From positions 62,001-126,000 of the forward strand of contig NW_019217910.1 in the NCBI RefSeq assembly GCF_002571385.2: a DNA stretch of 64,000 nt, in the 5' to 3' direction. The DNA comes from Stylophora pistillata (Eukaryota). Positions 35,828 to 48,700 of the stretch are shown here, piece after piece; position 1 is the first letter of the stretch; each line of letters opens with the position of its first letter. The translations under genes and the position numbers were made by a program. The notes beneath the pieces were generated by a model. That model searched no databases and was not told the origin of the DNA. It saw nothing but the letters and a program-made list of their open reading frames with translations.

Positions 35828-36368
35828 TCTCGTTAGGGACTTTGTGACGGCCTGTAGAAGGAAGTGTTGGCTATAGTAATTAGTCTTTGATTTTTTAATG
35901 CTTCTTGTTACAACTGTAAACTCTTCATTGGCACGTAGAAGGAAATTTTGGCTATATATAGTCTAGTATTTGATTTTCTAAAGCTTCCTGTTTAAGTTGT
36001 TAACTCGATCTTCATTAATTTTGCAAAGTGTTAGAGATATCTTTTCACTCTATATTTTTTAACGGTATTCAAGACTTACGTTTTATGTCCGACATAACGA
36101 AGAAAGCAATTGTGAAAGTGTCCGCATTATTTATTTGAAATTTTGTAGCTCCCGTCCTTCAACAATTTTGTTACGGGCAGCGCAGGCCACAAAATCAGTA
36201 ATTAGGACTATCCGCGCCCGTTTAGTTTCCTTTTAAAGCACTGTGTTATCTAAGTGCAGCTGTTTTTAGTTAATTTCAAAGTGACCTCACCTATTTTGGC
36301 AACTTCCAAATTTTGCTGTAGGAGCGCCGATGTGATTCCTGATCATGACGCCCAGTTGCCTTCAGCAT

Positions 36369-36936
36369 ATTTGGTCGTCCAAATAATTGATCTCTGAGTT
36401 TCACTAACGGGTATCCGGAATAGAATCAATACATTCCCAGAAAACAGTGGAACTAGATGTACTCAACTCAACGGCCAAAAATGGGAATTAAAAATTCAAA
36501 CGTAAAAATTAATGGTCTACTTTCGACAAATTATGACTTTCCAATTCTGACGGAAGTTTCATCGCGCAATAAGCAATTGAGCAAACAATATTCGTAGCAG
36601 GGAGTTATGGGATAGGGTGACCTCATTGCAAGCTCATAACTCATGGCGCATGTCTATCTTTTCCCGCCAAAAAATTTTGTTGTGTTTTGATGACCATGTT
36701 TTCGTATAATTTCCTTTAAAATTTTTCGTTTTGAAAGGTTCTTTAGAATCTCAATTGATTTCTTGATACAAAATTTCGTAGACAAGCATAATGATAGAGA
36801 AATGAACTCGGTTTAACTATTCTGTACCGTAAAATTATAGTTGAGCTATACGAATTCGATGGAATCCAAGATGGCGGACTGAGAAAACTGACACATAAAA
36901 GTTGTCAATTTCATGTGCTGATCAGGAAACCGAAAA
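36369..36936. promoter_or_regulatory. Probable bidirectional promoter between the VPS9-domain gene and TOPBP1
   Basis: CpG-retaining segment between divergent genes, with an E2F-like site TTTTCCCGCCAA (~36659-36670) and YY1-like CAAGATGGCGG (36867-36877). An E2F site fits a DNA-replication gene. Confidence 0.6.
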
Positions 36937-39900
36937 ATGGCGAGCGATGATGAAAATACCCTTAGGTTTATAAGTGTTGATGAATCGAAGGAAGAAAACC
37001 TTTTGCGAGCCTCGGAAGCTAGCAAGGAGTACGATTTGAACAGCGAATGGATTTCTGCGAGCGATTTGGAAAATATTGATTTGGAGACACAACGATCGGT
37101 CTACGTTTTGGAGAATTTTGAAGGAGAAAGTTTCGAGTACTTGAAGAAAAGTAAATGCAGGATTGTTGGTCCACAGTGTATATTATCTTGTTTACAAACA
37201 CAGACCCCGCTGCCAAATGTCCAATATCCAGTTTATGGTGTAGCCATGCTTGGCACTGCTATCAGTTGTACCAGTGTACCTCGGCAAGAGAGAGATAGGC
37301 TTTACGATCTTATCCACCTGATGGGAGGAATTGTTATGAAAGATTTCACCAGCGCAGTAACTCACTTGGTTGCGGGTGAAGTGGGGTCTAAGAAATACAA
37401 GGTAGCATGTAGTTTCAACAAACCCATTTTATTACCACAGTGGGTTTACAAATGCTGGGAGCTCAGTCAGGACAAACATGTATGTGCCACAGATGAACAA
37501 TTCATGGAATTCAAATGCCCAACATTCAAGGGAATAACTCTTTGTGTGACAGGTATTGATGCAGAAAAAAGGAAAGAAATTAAGAAACTTGTAACACAAC
37601 ATGGTGGAACATACTCTGGTGCACTTGATATGAACACATGTACTCATTTACTTGTCGATGAGCCAAGGGGTGAAAAATATGAGTATGCAAGGAGGTGGAA
37701 TCTTCACTGTGTTTGTACACAATGGTTTTATGACTCAGTTCAGACAGGCTTGTGTCAGGATGAGTCAAGCTATTATACTCAGCCTAATGAAGAAAATAAC
37801 AGTTCACAAGCAGGTGCAAGATTTTCTGGTTTAATTAAAGGCAATACTTCTAAAAGTAGTACAGAGAAGAAGATTTCAAATAAGGCTGCACAAGCAGCAT
37901 ACAAGAGTGCGCAGAAACACGGCAACAAAGATTTGATCTCTGGTTGTGGAAGATACAGTAGACTATCTAATCAGTCTAAGACTGATGTTTCCAGGATAGG
38001 AGAGACTCATATTTCAGATCCAGATGGCTCTGATTTTGATGTCAGAATTCAGCCTGGGAATATGTTTCTGGATGGTTGTAAAATTTATTTAAGTGGATTT
38101 TCTGGGCAAAACTTGGAGAAGCTTAGAAAGATCATCAACTCTGGAGGAGGGACAAGATTCAATCAAATCAATGAGATTGTTTCTCATGTTATTGTTGGCA
38201 ATAGAATTGATGCAGATATTGATCTGTTAAGAAACTGCGATTTTCAAGTGTTTATTGTTAGTGTTCAATGGATTTTGGATTCTGCAAGGGAAGGGAAAAA
38301 GCTATCAGAAGAAAGTAAGTGTGTTTCACCTTGCCACTCACTTTCCAATTTTATCAATTCTCCTTGCCGTTAACTATACATTTCTTACAATTTTAGACCA
38401 GGGCCCAGTTGTATAAAGGACCAATAATGCCATCCAATGGATAAAATCTCTGTCCAGAGGATAAGTGATAGCAGAACATGCTGCAGTATCCACTGGATTA
38501 AGATTTAACCACTGGATAGCATTCTCTAACTTTCAAACAACTGGGACAAGAGAATTTGTAGTTCAATCAGGCAATATTATGTAATTGATAAATTTTTTCA
38601 CCTCTCATTACCTTGGCTGGGTGCAATTATTATCTGTTAGAATAAGAATAGCAGGTCAAATCACTTTGTTTCCATTTTTTTTCTTTGCAGGATATCTCTG
38701 TTCTGATCTATTACAAATCACTTTGTTTCCATTTTTTTTCTTTGCAGAATATCTCTGTTCTGATCTATTACAAAGGGAGGATCTTCCACTCTCATGCAAA
38801 GAGAATGAAGATCCTGCTAAAACCCTTTCAAAAGCAACAAAAAATGTCTCTGTTCTTCAACCAAGTGCATCTGAGAAAAATAAAAAGGATGCAAAAGCCA
38901 AGCCAAAGGAGGATCAGTGCGATGGTGATGATGATTATGATGATGTTTTCATACAATATCTGCCTCAGAATGAAGATCAAGGCAGTGAACCTGGGCAAAA
39001 CCTTCCTCAAACAGACACCACTGCACAGTTAAAAGGTTCAGTGTAGTATTTTAAGCATTTGAAGTATAAGTTTGCTGTAAATATTGTGAGGTAAAACATG
39101 CTTTAATAGGCAGAGATAATTTCAAACTGACTCTTTTTGCTTTGGGTGCATCTGAGTCATTTGAAGTTACTGCATGTTACAAGAAATTGTTTCCCAAACC
39201 CTTCAGACACTCAGTTAAGTTGTTAGTTAAGATTCCTAGATTTTTCCCTATAGTTGAATTAACTGAGGCACATTACCCCTAGATGTAACTTGCTATATAG
39301 ACCTTGAATTTTCACAGCAGAGGGTAATATGGTACTGTAATAATAAGAGTTAGTGCCCTTGTTCCAATAAGTGCGCCCAAGGTATCATGAGTAAATAAGC
39401 ACCCAAGGGACTAAATTGAATCATTATATACAGTACATATATGTGTAGTTACAAAATCTTTTTTTACCTACCAGAGTGCAGTAGTTTTAGTGCTGATCCT
39501 GATGCTACACTTGATAATGAAGAAGAAGAAGAAGCTCCCCAAGATGGCTTACTGTCTGGAAAGTTTTTCACAGTGGCTGGTTTTTCTAGTGAACATCTGA
39601 CACACCTCTGGCAGCTTCTAGAGAGCAATGGAGGAAAGGCCGTGTCTGGTGGACAAACAGCTGACTATGCAGTGTTACCAATGAACAAAGTTCCTGAAGA
39701 AGATTTACAAGCAAAACAGCTAGTTAGTAACTTAATGTTTGCATAACAGAGTGTGAACTTTTACATAGGTAGATGTTACTTATTATATGCTGTAGATGTC
39801 TTGTGTGTCAAGTTTTACAGTCAGTCTGTTTTAATTTCATTATGTGTACACATTGTAAAGTTTTGAAGTTTTTCATTATGTAAATTATTCTTAGAGATGA

Positions 39901-42746
39901 CCCACTGGAAGAATATATAGTTTTGTACTTGTACTCACAGTATAAAATTTTAATGTGTTTTTCTGTGGAAGAAATCAATAATTTACAGTTCATAAATTGT
40001 GGGAGACTCAGTGGCTAAATAGTGGATGGCTAGGTGACTCTGCTATATTCTTCGAAAACACACTAACTTCTTAAATCTTCAATACCGCCCAAAAGTTTTA
40101 GTGGGTCTCATCAAATTGTCTTTGAATCCTGGAAAAAATGTCAGAGGGGTTTGCCCCATGCGACAGAAGTAGCAAATAAGCCAGAGAATTCTTGTTAGAG
40201 AATTTTGATATTTCATGCCTTGTAAACATCCACCTCTTACAATCCATTAAAGAGTATAATAATTATCACTTACTGGTCTCAGTGACCAGAAAGCAAATCT
40301 CCTTTCTGATCCATTGTCAAAGTAGAAAGTGTCATTATTTTATTTTTTTTAATCATATGCTCTTAAAGTTATAGAAAGGCACAATCATCAAACTAAAGAG
40401 ATTTTTTAATCAGAAAAACAAATATCACAAGATGCTTGCAGTTGAAATGAGGTTTTAAATTTCTTACAGGTTACATTTTGCTGGTTGGAGCAGAGCTTAG
40501 CATGTGACCATCTTTTGGCCCCAGAGGATGGCTTTCTCTTTAAGCCATTTAGTATCCCAGAGGCCAGAAAACCACTCAGTGGATGTGTTTTAACAATCAG
40601 TCAATTTACAGGCGTAGAAAGAGACCACATATATCAACTAGCAGAACTTCTAGGTAACTCTAGCCAAACATGATTTCATTTTTATCAATTAGACACTATC
40701 AACTAGATAAATCTCTCTCCAGTGAGTAGCACAGTGCAATTTGTTAACACTTTTCTACTGGATAGCGATTTATCCTCCCTTTGCACAATTGGGCACGAGA
40801 AAAGGGTGTACAGTTCTCAGCAATGACTGAACTCCTCATTAATGATATGCCAAGTTTGTTCATGGTTCTCACTGTTTTTCCATCAGTCAAAACCTCTTAG
40901 TTTGCTAGTGAATCAAGACCAGTGTTGTTTTTTGTTTCTCTCACACTTTTCATGTTAAGAGAGAAAAGTACGTAACAAAAAAGTATTTTTAAAAAGTACT
41001 TAGCTTTTTTACATGACTGCTATTCTCAATTGAAATACATCTACTTCTGGCCCTGGTTAATCGAAGGGTGGAGTATGTTATCCACTGTATAAATTTCTAT
41101 TTGGTGGATAGTGCTGTACAATTTGTTGACATCAGTCTGCTGGATAACTATTTATCCATTAGATAGTGTTATCCATCCTTTGGAAAACTGTGCCCAGTTA
41201 TATTATTAGTTTGTTTTCAATGAGAACATTTTTTCTTTTGCTCATCAGGTGCTCATTGCCAGGAATACTTTGTTCGTAAAGCAAGTGGGAACTTCAAGGC
41301 CAGCACACACCTCTTGTGCCAAGATCCTGATGGAAACAAATACAAGGCAGCTATGAAATGGAATATCCCTGTAGTAAGCAGGGATTGGCTCTTTGCCTGT
41401 GCTGCAGGTGGCACCCTGGTTCCCACTAATGAGTATCCTGTAGGCAGTGACAAAAAAGTTGTAGTGGATGCCAATGTTTGCCCATCAGAGGAACTGAGAG
41501 TGGGCAAGGCAGATGCTAAAGACACTTCTCAAGACCACATTTTAAAATCTGAAGAGGGTGAACTTCCAATTGAAACAAACAATGAAGTATCTGCCCTCCA
41601 TGTGCAAAATGTTAACAATGGAGGTGGCGATCAAGGAAGTACAGAAAAGCAACCTGTGAAGAGGCCATCTATGTACTTCCGTCCATTCAGACCATCATTT
41701 GACTTGGCTGATGTGATGGAAGAGCTGGCTTCACCTGTTTGTTCAAGTCTAAGAGGCAGAAAGAGTCGGGGCAGTAGAAACAGCTTTCCACTGGGTGATT
41801 TCTTTGCAGAGAACATCAAACAGACTCTTAAAAAACTGGGCACTGTTGCTCCACGCACAAGGAAAGGTGATGAGGAGAATGATGATGATGAAACTTTTGA
41901 TGACATCCAACAAGAAAGAGAGGTTTGTTTTTTAAATATGAAGAGGCTGTTGATGCATAGTACAGGTCTCATTTGTGTCAAGTAGACTTTATACAAAGTC
42001 TCAACCAGTCTCTTTTTGTACATGTCTCATTTGTGTCAAATTGCTCCTTAAAAGTTCATGGTAGACTTCATAATTTTTAGTAATCAATTAATAAAAATAA
42101 TAATTAATAATTAATAATCTTTATTTAATGTGGGTAGAAACACTTAGCTGAAAAGCTAGTTTACAGGTTTTCCACCAAACAACTGAAACAAATAATTCAA
42201 ATTGAAAATAACATTATTAAGAATCCCAACTGGCCGAAGGCAAACTAGTTGGCTATTTACAAGCATGGCCAAGGATTTGAACTCAAAGCTACCATGAAAC
42301 AAATCCAGGTAGTGGTCAGGGCAGGACTCGAACCAGGGAGTGGCGGATTGCGAGTCTGACACACTGACCACTCGGCCACACTGCCTTCCACAAAATACAA
42401 AATCTTAATCTTGCAATACCACCACAAGTCACTTTTTAGTATCATGGTATTTCTTGCTAACAAAGCATTATAATGATGATAATAATAATTATTGATATTG
42501 TAAGTCATATTATTATTATTATTATTGTTTTATTTATTATTATTATTATTATTAATATTATTAGTTGCTTTCACGATTTTTATATGTCGGTCGTTTTTGT
42601 TATCAAAGTTAGTTTGGGTCTGATACAAGTCTGATCCTAGAGAACCGAATTTAATAGATGTATTCCCTATCAACTAATTTGGAAATGTAGGAGATGAAAA
42701 ACCATTACCCACGCGAAGTTATTGTAATGTTTTTAAGTTTTGAAAA

Positions 42747-42783
<37 letters not shown>

Positions 42784-45700
42784 TTGTCTGCTTTTTAAAC
42801 TTGCAGAGTTCACATTACGTTTGTCTGTTATTGGATAACAATAAAACTTTCTGTCCTTTAAAAAAATTATTATTATTATTATTATTATCATTTTTATTTT
42901 AATTATCATCATTATCATTATCATGATCACGTAATAGTGGAATATTACCATGACTTGAGAAAACTGTTGTCATATCAAGAGCCAAGTTACTCTGTCTTTT
43001 CACTATTAACTAATATTGGTTTACTAAGCGGATTTGACATAAATTTGTGCTTTTAATGGACAGGAAAATGGAGAACCTCATCAACAAGGTATCCTAGTTG
43101 GTGTCATTTTATCTGTGAGTAAAAAATTGGCTCAGCAACAAACAGAAATCTTCAACTTAGCATCTTCTCTCGGAGCTGATTATCGCAGGCTTTACGACGG
43201 ATCATGCACGCACCTTATTCACCAGGTTAGAGAGCAACTATCAAAGTAGTATTCAGAGGTTTAGGTAGCACAAGCAGCTTGCATACTCCTGAGATTCGTT
43301 ATTCTGCAAGCAGGTTAATAAAGACGGTAAGTTTCTAAAAAAAAAAAACTGTGGTGCTGCGTCGGTGGGGGTTTTACAAGATAATTTTGTTTTCTCATTA
43401 ACTGAAAAGACTAAAAGACTTGTTATTCTGATGTCAGCAGGGTCCATCCAATGACAAAAGTAAGGAATATGCACAGGCAAAGGCTCGAGGCATTCACATA
43501 GTGTCTCCTCATTGGTTGTATAGTTGTCAAGAAAAAAATGAGCGAGTTGACGAGACCATGTATCCACACACCTTTAATCCGAAGTTAAGTCTGTCAGTGG
43601 TAACAACGGGAAGACGAATGACAAGATCGTCTCAAGCTGTAAGTACATGAATTGTTGTGTACAAGCCATGTGCAGTTTAAGCTCCAACAGCAATTGTCGA
43701 TTATGTTTTCAAGCCTTTTTCGATGGACTGTCGTAAAACCAAAACCAAAGTAAACACAGCAGCTAATCTGAACGAAAACTTAAAGGAAAAACAATCAAAC
43801 TGCCTTGAGATTACCGTGCACCTTCAGGGGTGTCTCACGTGCAAGCGATGTAGCGCGTCCGGTTTAAACTGTAGATATCTAAACCCCTATATCAAATTAA
43901 AGCTTATAGGACTGACTATCAGACTATGCCAAAAATTTTGAAAAAAAAAAATTAATTGTCGAATTTTTCACGACTTCTTAATGCGAGCCACCGACCGAAT
44001 CACCTTTTAAGAGCTCTAAGTGAAACCCATGAAAAACCCACTGTGCGTTAGCCCTAGTAAAGGGTAACAGGGCACCACGAGAGGTAAAGAAAAAATTCTT
44101 ACGACATCGGTGGGAATCAAACCCATGACCAGGAGTTTTGCATTTGATTGCCTGAGAGATTTGTGCGAGTTTTCTGGACCAATCACAGAGTGAAGTAAAG
44201 AAAAACCAGTGCAATCCCGTATTATTTTCGAGAGTCAATTGAAAATTCCTCTAAAAGCTTGGGATTGCTAACGCACTGGTCAAACGTCTGCGCATATCGA
44301 GTCATAGGTGGCTGTCAGAATCACGTTGCCTCACGGGGGTTATAAACAACCGCACAAGCTAGTAAGTCACGATGTTTCCGTCGAAGTTTTTCAATGAAAC
44401 TTAAAAAAAAAATGGCAAATTGACAGGAAACCCATAACCTGAATAAGCTATGGGTTCGAGAAGTCTAAGTTTCCCTTTCCCCGACCATTTGTTTCCATGT
44501 ACAGATATCTGAAAACGTTTCAATTTCTTCGCACATTTTTCGTCGCATTATTTGTTTCTTATGTTTTCTTTTTAGATTTTGTGCGCGAAAAATTGGTGCG
44601 CGGCCAGTCTGGCTGGCTGGCCGCACGCCAATTTCCCGCGCAAAATTTCAATGGGAACCTCGAATTATTAATTATTAGAGGCAGTAATACACGGAAGAGT
44701 AACAAAGATGGCCACGGATGGGAAACATTTAAACTGGCTGCAATGATGACTCGAATAATTGAGGGGAAATTTTGTAAGATAAAGCAGCTGTTAAGCATGA
44801 TGCCTCCTTGAAAGCTTTCTCTTAGATTTCCCTAACAATATGAAATGAATATCGATCACTTTGCTCGTATGTCAACTTGCCGAAAGCATTAGTCAACTCA
44901 CTGACATTTTCTTTTTTTCTTTAACGTCCTCGGTCATCTCGCGGATATCTTAACTTTTCCAAGTTTCTTTACTTGGTATGCTATATGTGATGATTCAAAG
45001 GGCCTTCAGGGCCATTTCATACCATTTTAAAAAGCAATCATTGTACAAATGACTTTGATTGTGAGCTTCATCTAGTAGCGTGGAATCGCTCTCAAGTTTG
45101 AAAATTTACAAAGACCAAAGGATCTTTCAACACTTCTTGATGTGACTTTTAAAGCCATTTGACCCTGTAAAGTCAGTTAACATTGTTAAGTCAGTTAACA
45201 TTGTTAAGTCATAAGGCGCTGTTAAGTCAACGACTTCGGTGGCATATGACATTCGGCGAGTTGACTTACGGTTTCAGAAAGTTGTTTTTCGGTAGGTTGA
45301 CATGTCGGCGAAGTGACAGCTTGAGTTATACTAGTGAATGGTATTCTTCTGAATGCCTTGAGAGGATGCTTGAAACTTTTTTCATTGTCTCGCTACAGGC
45401 AACAACAGAACAAGAGATGTCACCACAAAAGAAACGAAAGTCACTCTCAGTGAAAGTGAATGAGTCGAGTGAAACTAAAAAACTTAGCAAGATGGGGAGC
45501 GTGCCTGAGGAGTTAGCGGGGGAGGAAAAGGCTGAGGAAGGCGATATTGCAGAAGAGGTACAACAAGATCCTCAAATGGGACCAGCTACACTGGAGTCTC
45601 TAGAGGCCAGAGAAGATTTTAAACGTCAACTAGAAGCAATAATGGATGCTACCAAGGTAAAGAATGTGTAGGCTAGTGTAATTTTCAATTCAGTGATAAG

Positions 45701-48700
45701 AAAGTAATCCAGAGTTGGATTGGGTTTGGTCAACTAAGTCAGATGATTGGTCCAGGAAACTCGTACCTTCGTCTCGACGTATCAGATGTAAAACCAAACG
45801 TGACTAGTCTGTCGCTTGTGTTTTCTTCCGGCGCGATTAAGAACCCTCCGCAACTTGTGTACTCTCTCCTTAGAATTCTTGAAATTTAACAGGTAAAAGG
45901 ATTGCTCTACCGGTGAAAGTGTTTCGTGATTAAATATTTCTTGTCGTGATTAAAACAATGGCGAAGACTATTAGGTTTTGTTATTTCTTTGATTTTTGAG
46001 CTCCAAAGTTACCAAAGATAACTTTGTTCTCTTTCTGGTGGCTGTTTGTTTCTAAAAGTCAGCTAAAAGTTGCTTTGCGTTCTCTGCATTAATCGTGATA
46101 ATACTTCTGAGTTGCTCTCTAAAAACACGCGTGTTTTCTTTTGCGCATTTCGTTAAAATTCCGTCGTGTAGTCCCAGCAGTGTTTTCCAGTTAAAGCTAC
46201 AAGCTTTCTTGACATTGTCCGCATTAACCAACGTTTTTCTTAATGGTTCGGCGAAATTGAAGATAATTTTTCTAAATAAAGGTAAGAGTGTGTACAGCTG
46301 TTTCTTGTCCACAGGTTCTATAGCAAATAAGTGTTTCGTGAAATCTGGAAACACTCAATCAGAAACACCTTGTGTACAAAATCACGGGTTTATTTGACTT
46401 TAAGTGAAACAAATTGAAGCCTCACTTTCGATGTACTTTTTATTTAACTCGAGACCTTTAGTATCTAACATTTACGATCGTTGCGGCTTCTTTTCATCTC
46501 AAGATTTTAGCAAGGGGATAAATGGTTTAAGTTTCTACAAGTGAGGTTAAAACGATTCAGTTTCCTGTTGATAACAGGCAGCTTGAACGATTTCATCGGT
46601 TATCATTCGTCGTGATAGCTTCATAGTTCATCAATCGAGAAAAGTTGTTCATTTTCAGGGTTCTGTATTCGGCATTTTTTTTTATAACTGCATTGGCACC
46701 TTCACGGTGACAGTTTGATCGCCAGTGCTATACAAATAACGAGAAGGTTAAAAGAAGGAGATGACACTGAACAAAATTGACTCGAGTTTTCATAGTGTTT
46801 TTGTTCACCTCTTTAGCATTGTTCTCTTTTGCAGCATAAAGTAGTTTGTTAGTTTGCGCAAATTTCTAGGGCGAATGAGCGAAATTTACTGCAAATCATC
46901 ATTGAAAAAGTCTTCCCACGCATAAGCAACTTCATTCTCGCTTTTACCCCACGATTCGTCGCTGTCGGAGGCACAGTACGCCTGGTCTGCCTCTATTTCT
47001 CGAAGATCTTCAAGGACTTCTTTCTCCTCTTCTCGCAGCATATGTTCAATCTGGCAAAAGTTGAAATGAAAAGATGCGTCAGATTAAACTTCAGATTATT
47101 TAATTGTTAAGGTAAACGAAAACAAGTGGATCGTTAAGGCGAGAGGAGGCGGGAATTTTTGTCAACGCACATCCCGCACAAAATCACGAAAGAGCGATAC
47201 TCACGTTCTCTCTGACTTTCCTCGCACGCTCCTCCCTGAGGTTCTTCTGGGTGTATCGCTGATAGTTTTGCTCGGCCTTTCTATCTTTAGATTTCTTCAT
47301 TTTCCGCCCAATAGCGGACTGCAGGTCTTCTCTGGCAGCAACCTGAGCAGTAGCGATCTTGTTTCTCTTTCGTGAGGCTTTAATCCCGGATTGCTTTTTT
47401 ATCGCTATCATTTCATTTCTGTTTCTGTCAGCGGCAGCCTGCTTGACAGCAATTTTCTTAGCAGTAGCTTTGGAGACCGCCTCTGCTGGGTGCGGTTTGA
47501 GACTTCCCGCCCTACTGCTGGCCCGGGTACGTATGTTCTCAAGCTCCCTTAGTTTTCGCTCCTCTGCTGCCAGAAGTTTGGCGTTAATCTGCTTCCTCGA
47601 TGGCTTCGGCTGTCGTTCCAACTTGTTCAGGCGCCGAAGCACCCGAGCAGTCGGGCGGACAGTTGGTCTGTACCCGTCTAGGACTTCAAATGCAATGGCG
47701 TTCGGGGTTTCACCCATAAACACAGATCGTGTAGAACTTGCATGCTGATAGGCGATGGTACCTGAACCTAAAGGCGTGCTATCCATTTGAGCTTCCAAGA
47801 TTTCTTTTGCGCTCTGCATCGCCCGCGTCGCCGGGTCATTTGAGATTGTGGATCTTTGGGTTGACAAAATAGCTTTTGCACTATCTAACGCTCTTCTCTC
47901 GGCATCTTCTTGTTTTTCAGACAAATCTTCTGAAACGCTACCTGTTTCTCTATCCAAGGAGCTTCTTATCTCAGATTCTCCTTGAAAGTTTTCCTTCTTT
48001 GCCACATTTGGGTTGTTTTCTGGGCTGCGTGTCGTCTCTTCCGCCCACTTTGTTTTACTCCCGACTGGATTTGGCTCTTCAAAATCCGCCTCGCTCTTTG
48101 GAGCTACTTTGTTACCGGATTTTGAAAACTTAGATAAGAGAGATCCGCACATGTTGTACGAAAAAAAAAGCCCGGAAATCGCTAAAACTCCTTACTCTTA
48201 AAAAGTCTGCACAGCGAAGCTTTTAACAAGGTTACTTGTTTGAACGAACTGTTTGAGTTGTCGTAGTAACAGTGTTGACGTTATAAATGGATCTGTTGTG
48301 ACAAAGATTCTGCACGCGCAGTGGAATATTCGTGCTTTCACTTTGGTGCTTTCGACTCCGTGCGTTTAAGTTGATGATTTTAGAACTTCGAGTGAAAGAA
48401 AATTGATCGAACAACGTTATTTAAAAATTTTCTGCGTCAAAACATGAAGCAGCAGCCTCTCTTGAAAACCTCACCTTTAGTCTTATTTAATTCATAAGCT
48501 CGCGCAAGGACACATCCGTTAGATAATCAAAGCGCGCGCTATCTCACGGGGCCCCCTCTCTTTACAGGCAAGTATCTTAAGTTTCCTCAGTTTACTCTTT
48601 TTTTCTCAACCACCTTTCACATGTGATAACTATTTCAAGCATTTCTAGCATTACTCTATTTTATTTACAGCCTTTCTGTTACCTAATTTTACAATAATAT

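Noticed and set aside
42460-42930. (ATT)n-rich tracts giving Ile/Asn-rich ORFs
   Set aside because: Ordinary intronic microsatellites.
47359-48201. Plus-strand ORFs overlapping the nested gene
   Set aside because: Shadow frames of the minus-strand CDS; not needed for the TOPBP1 exon chain.
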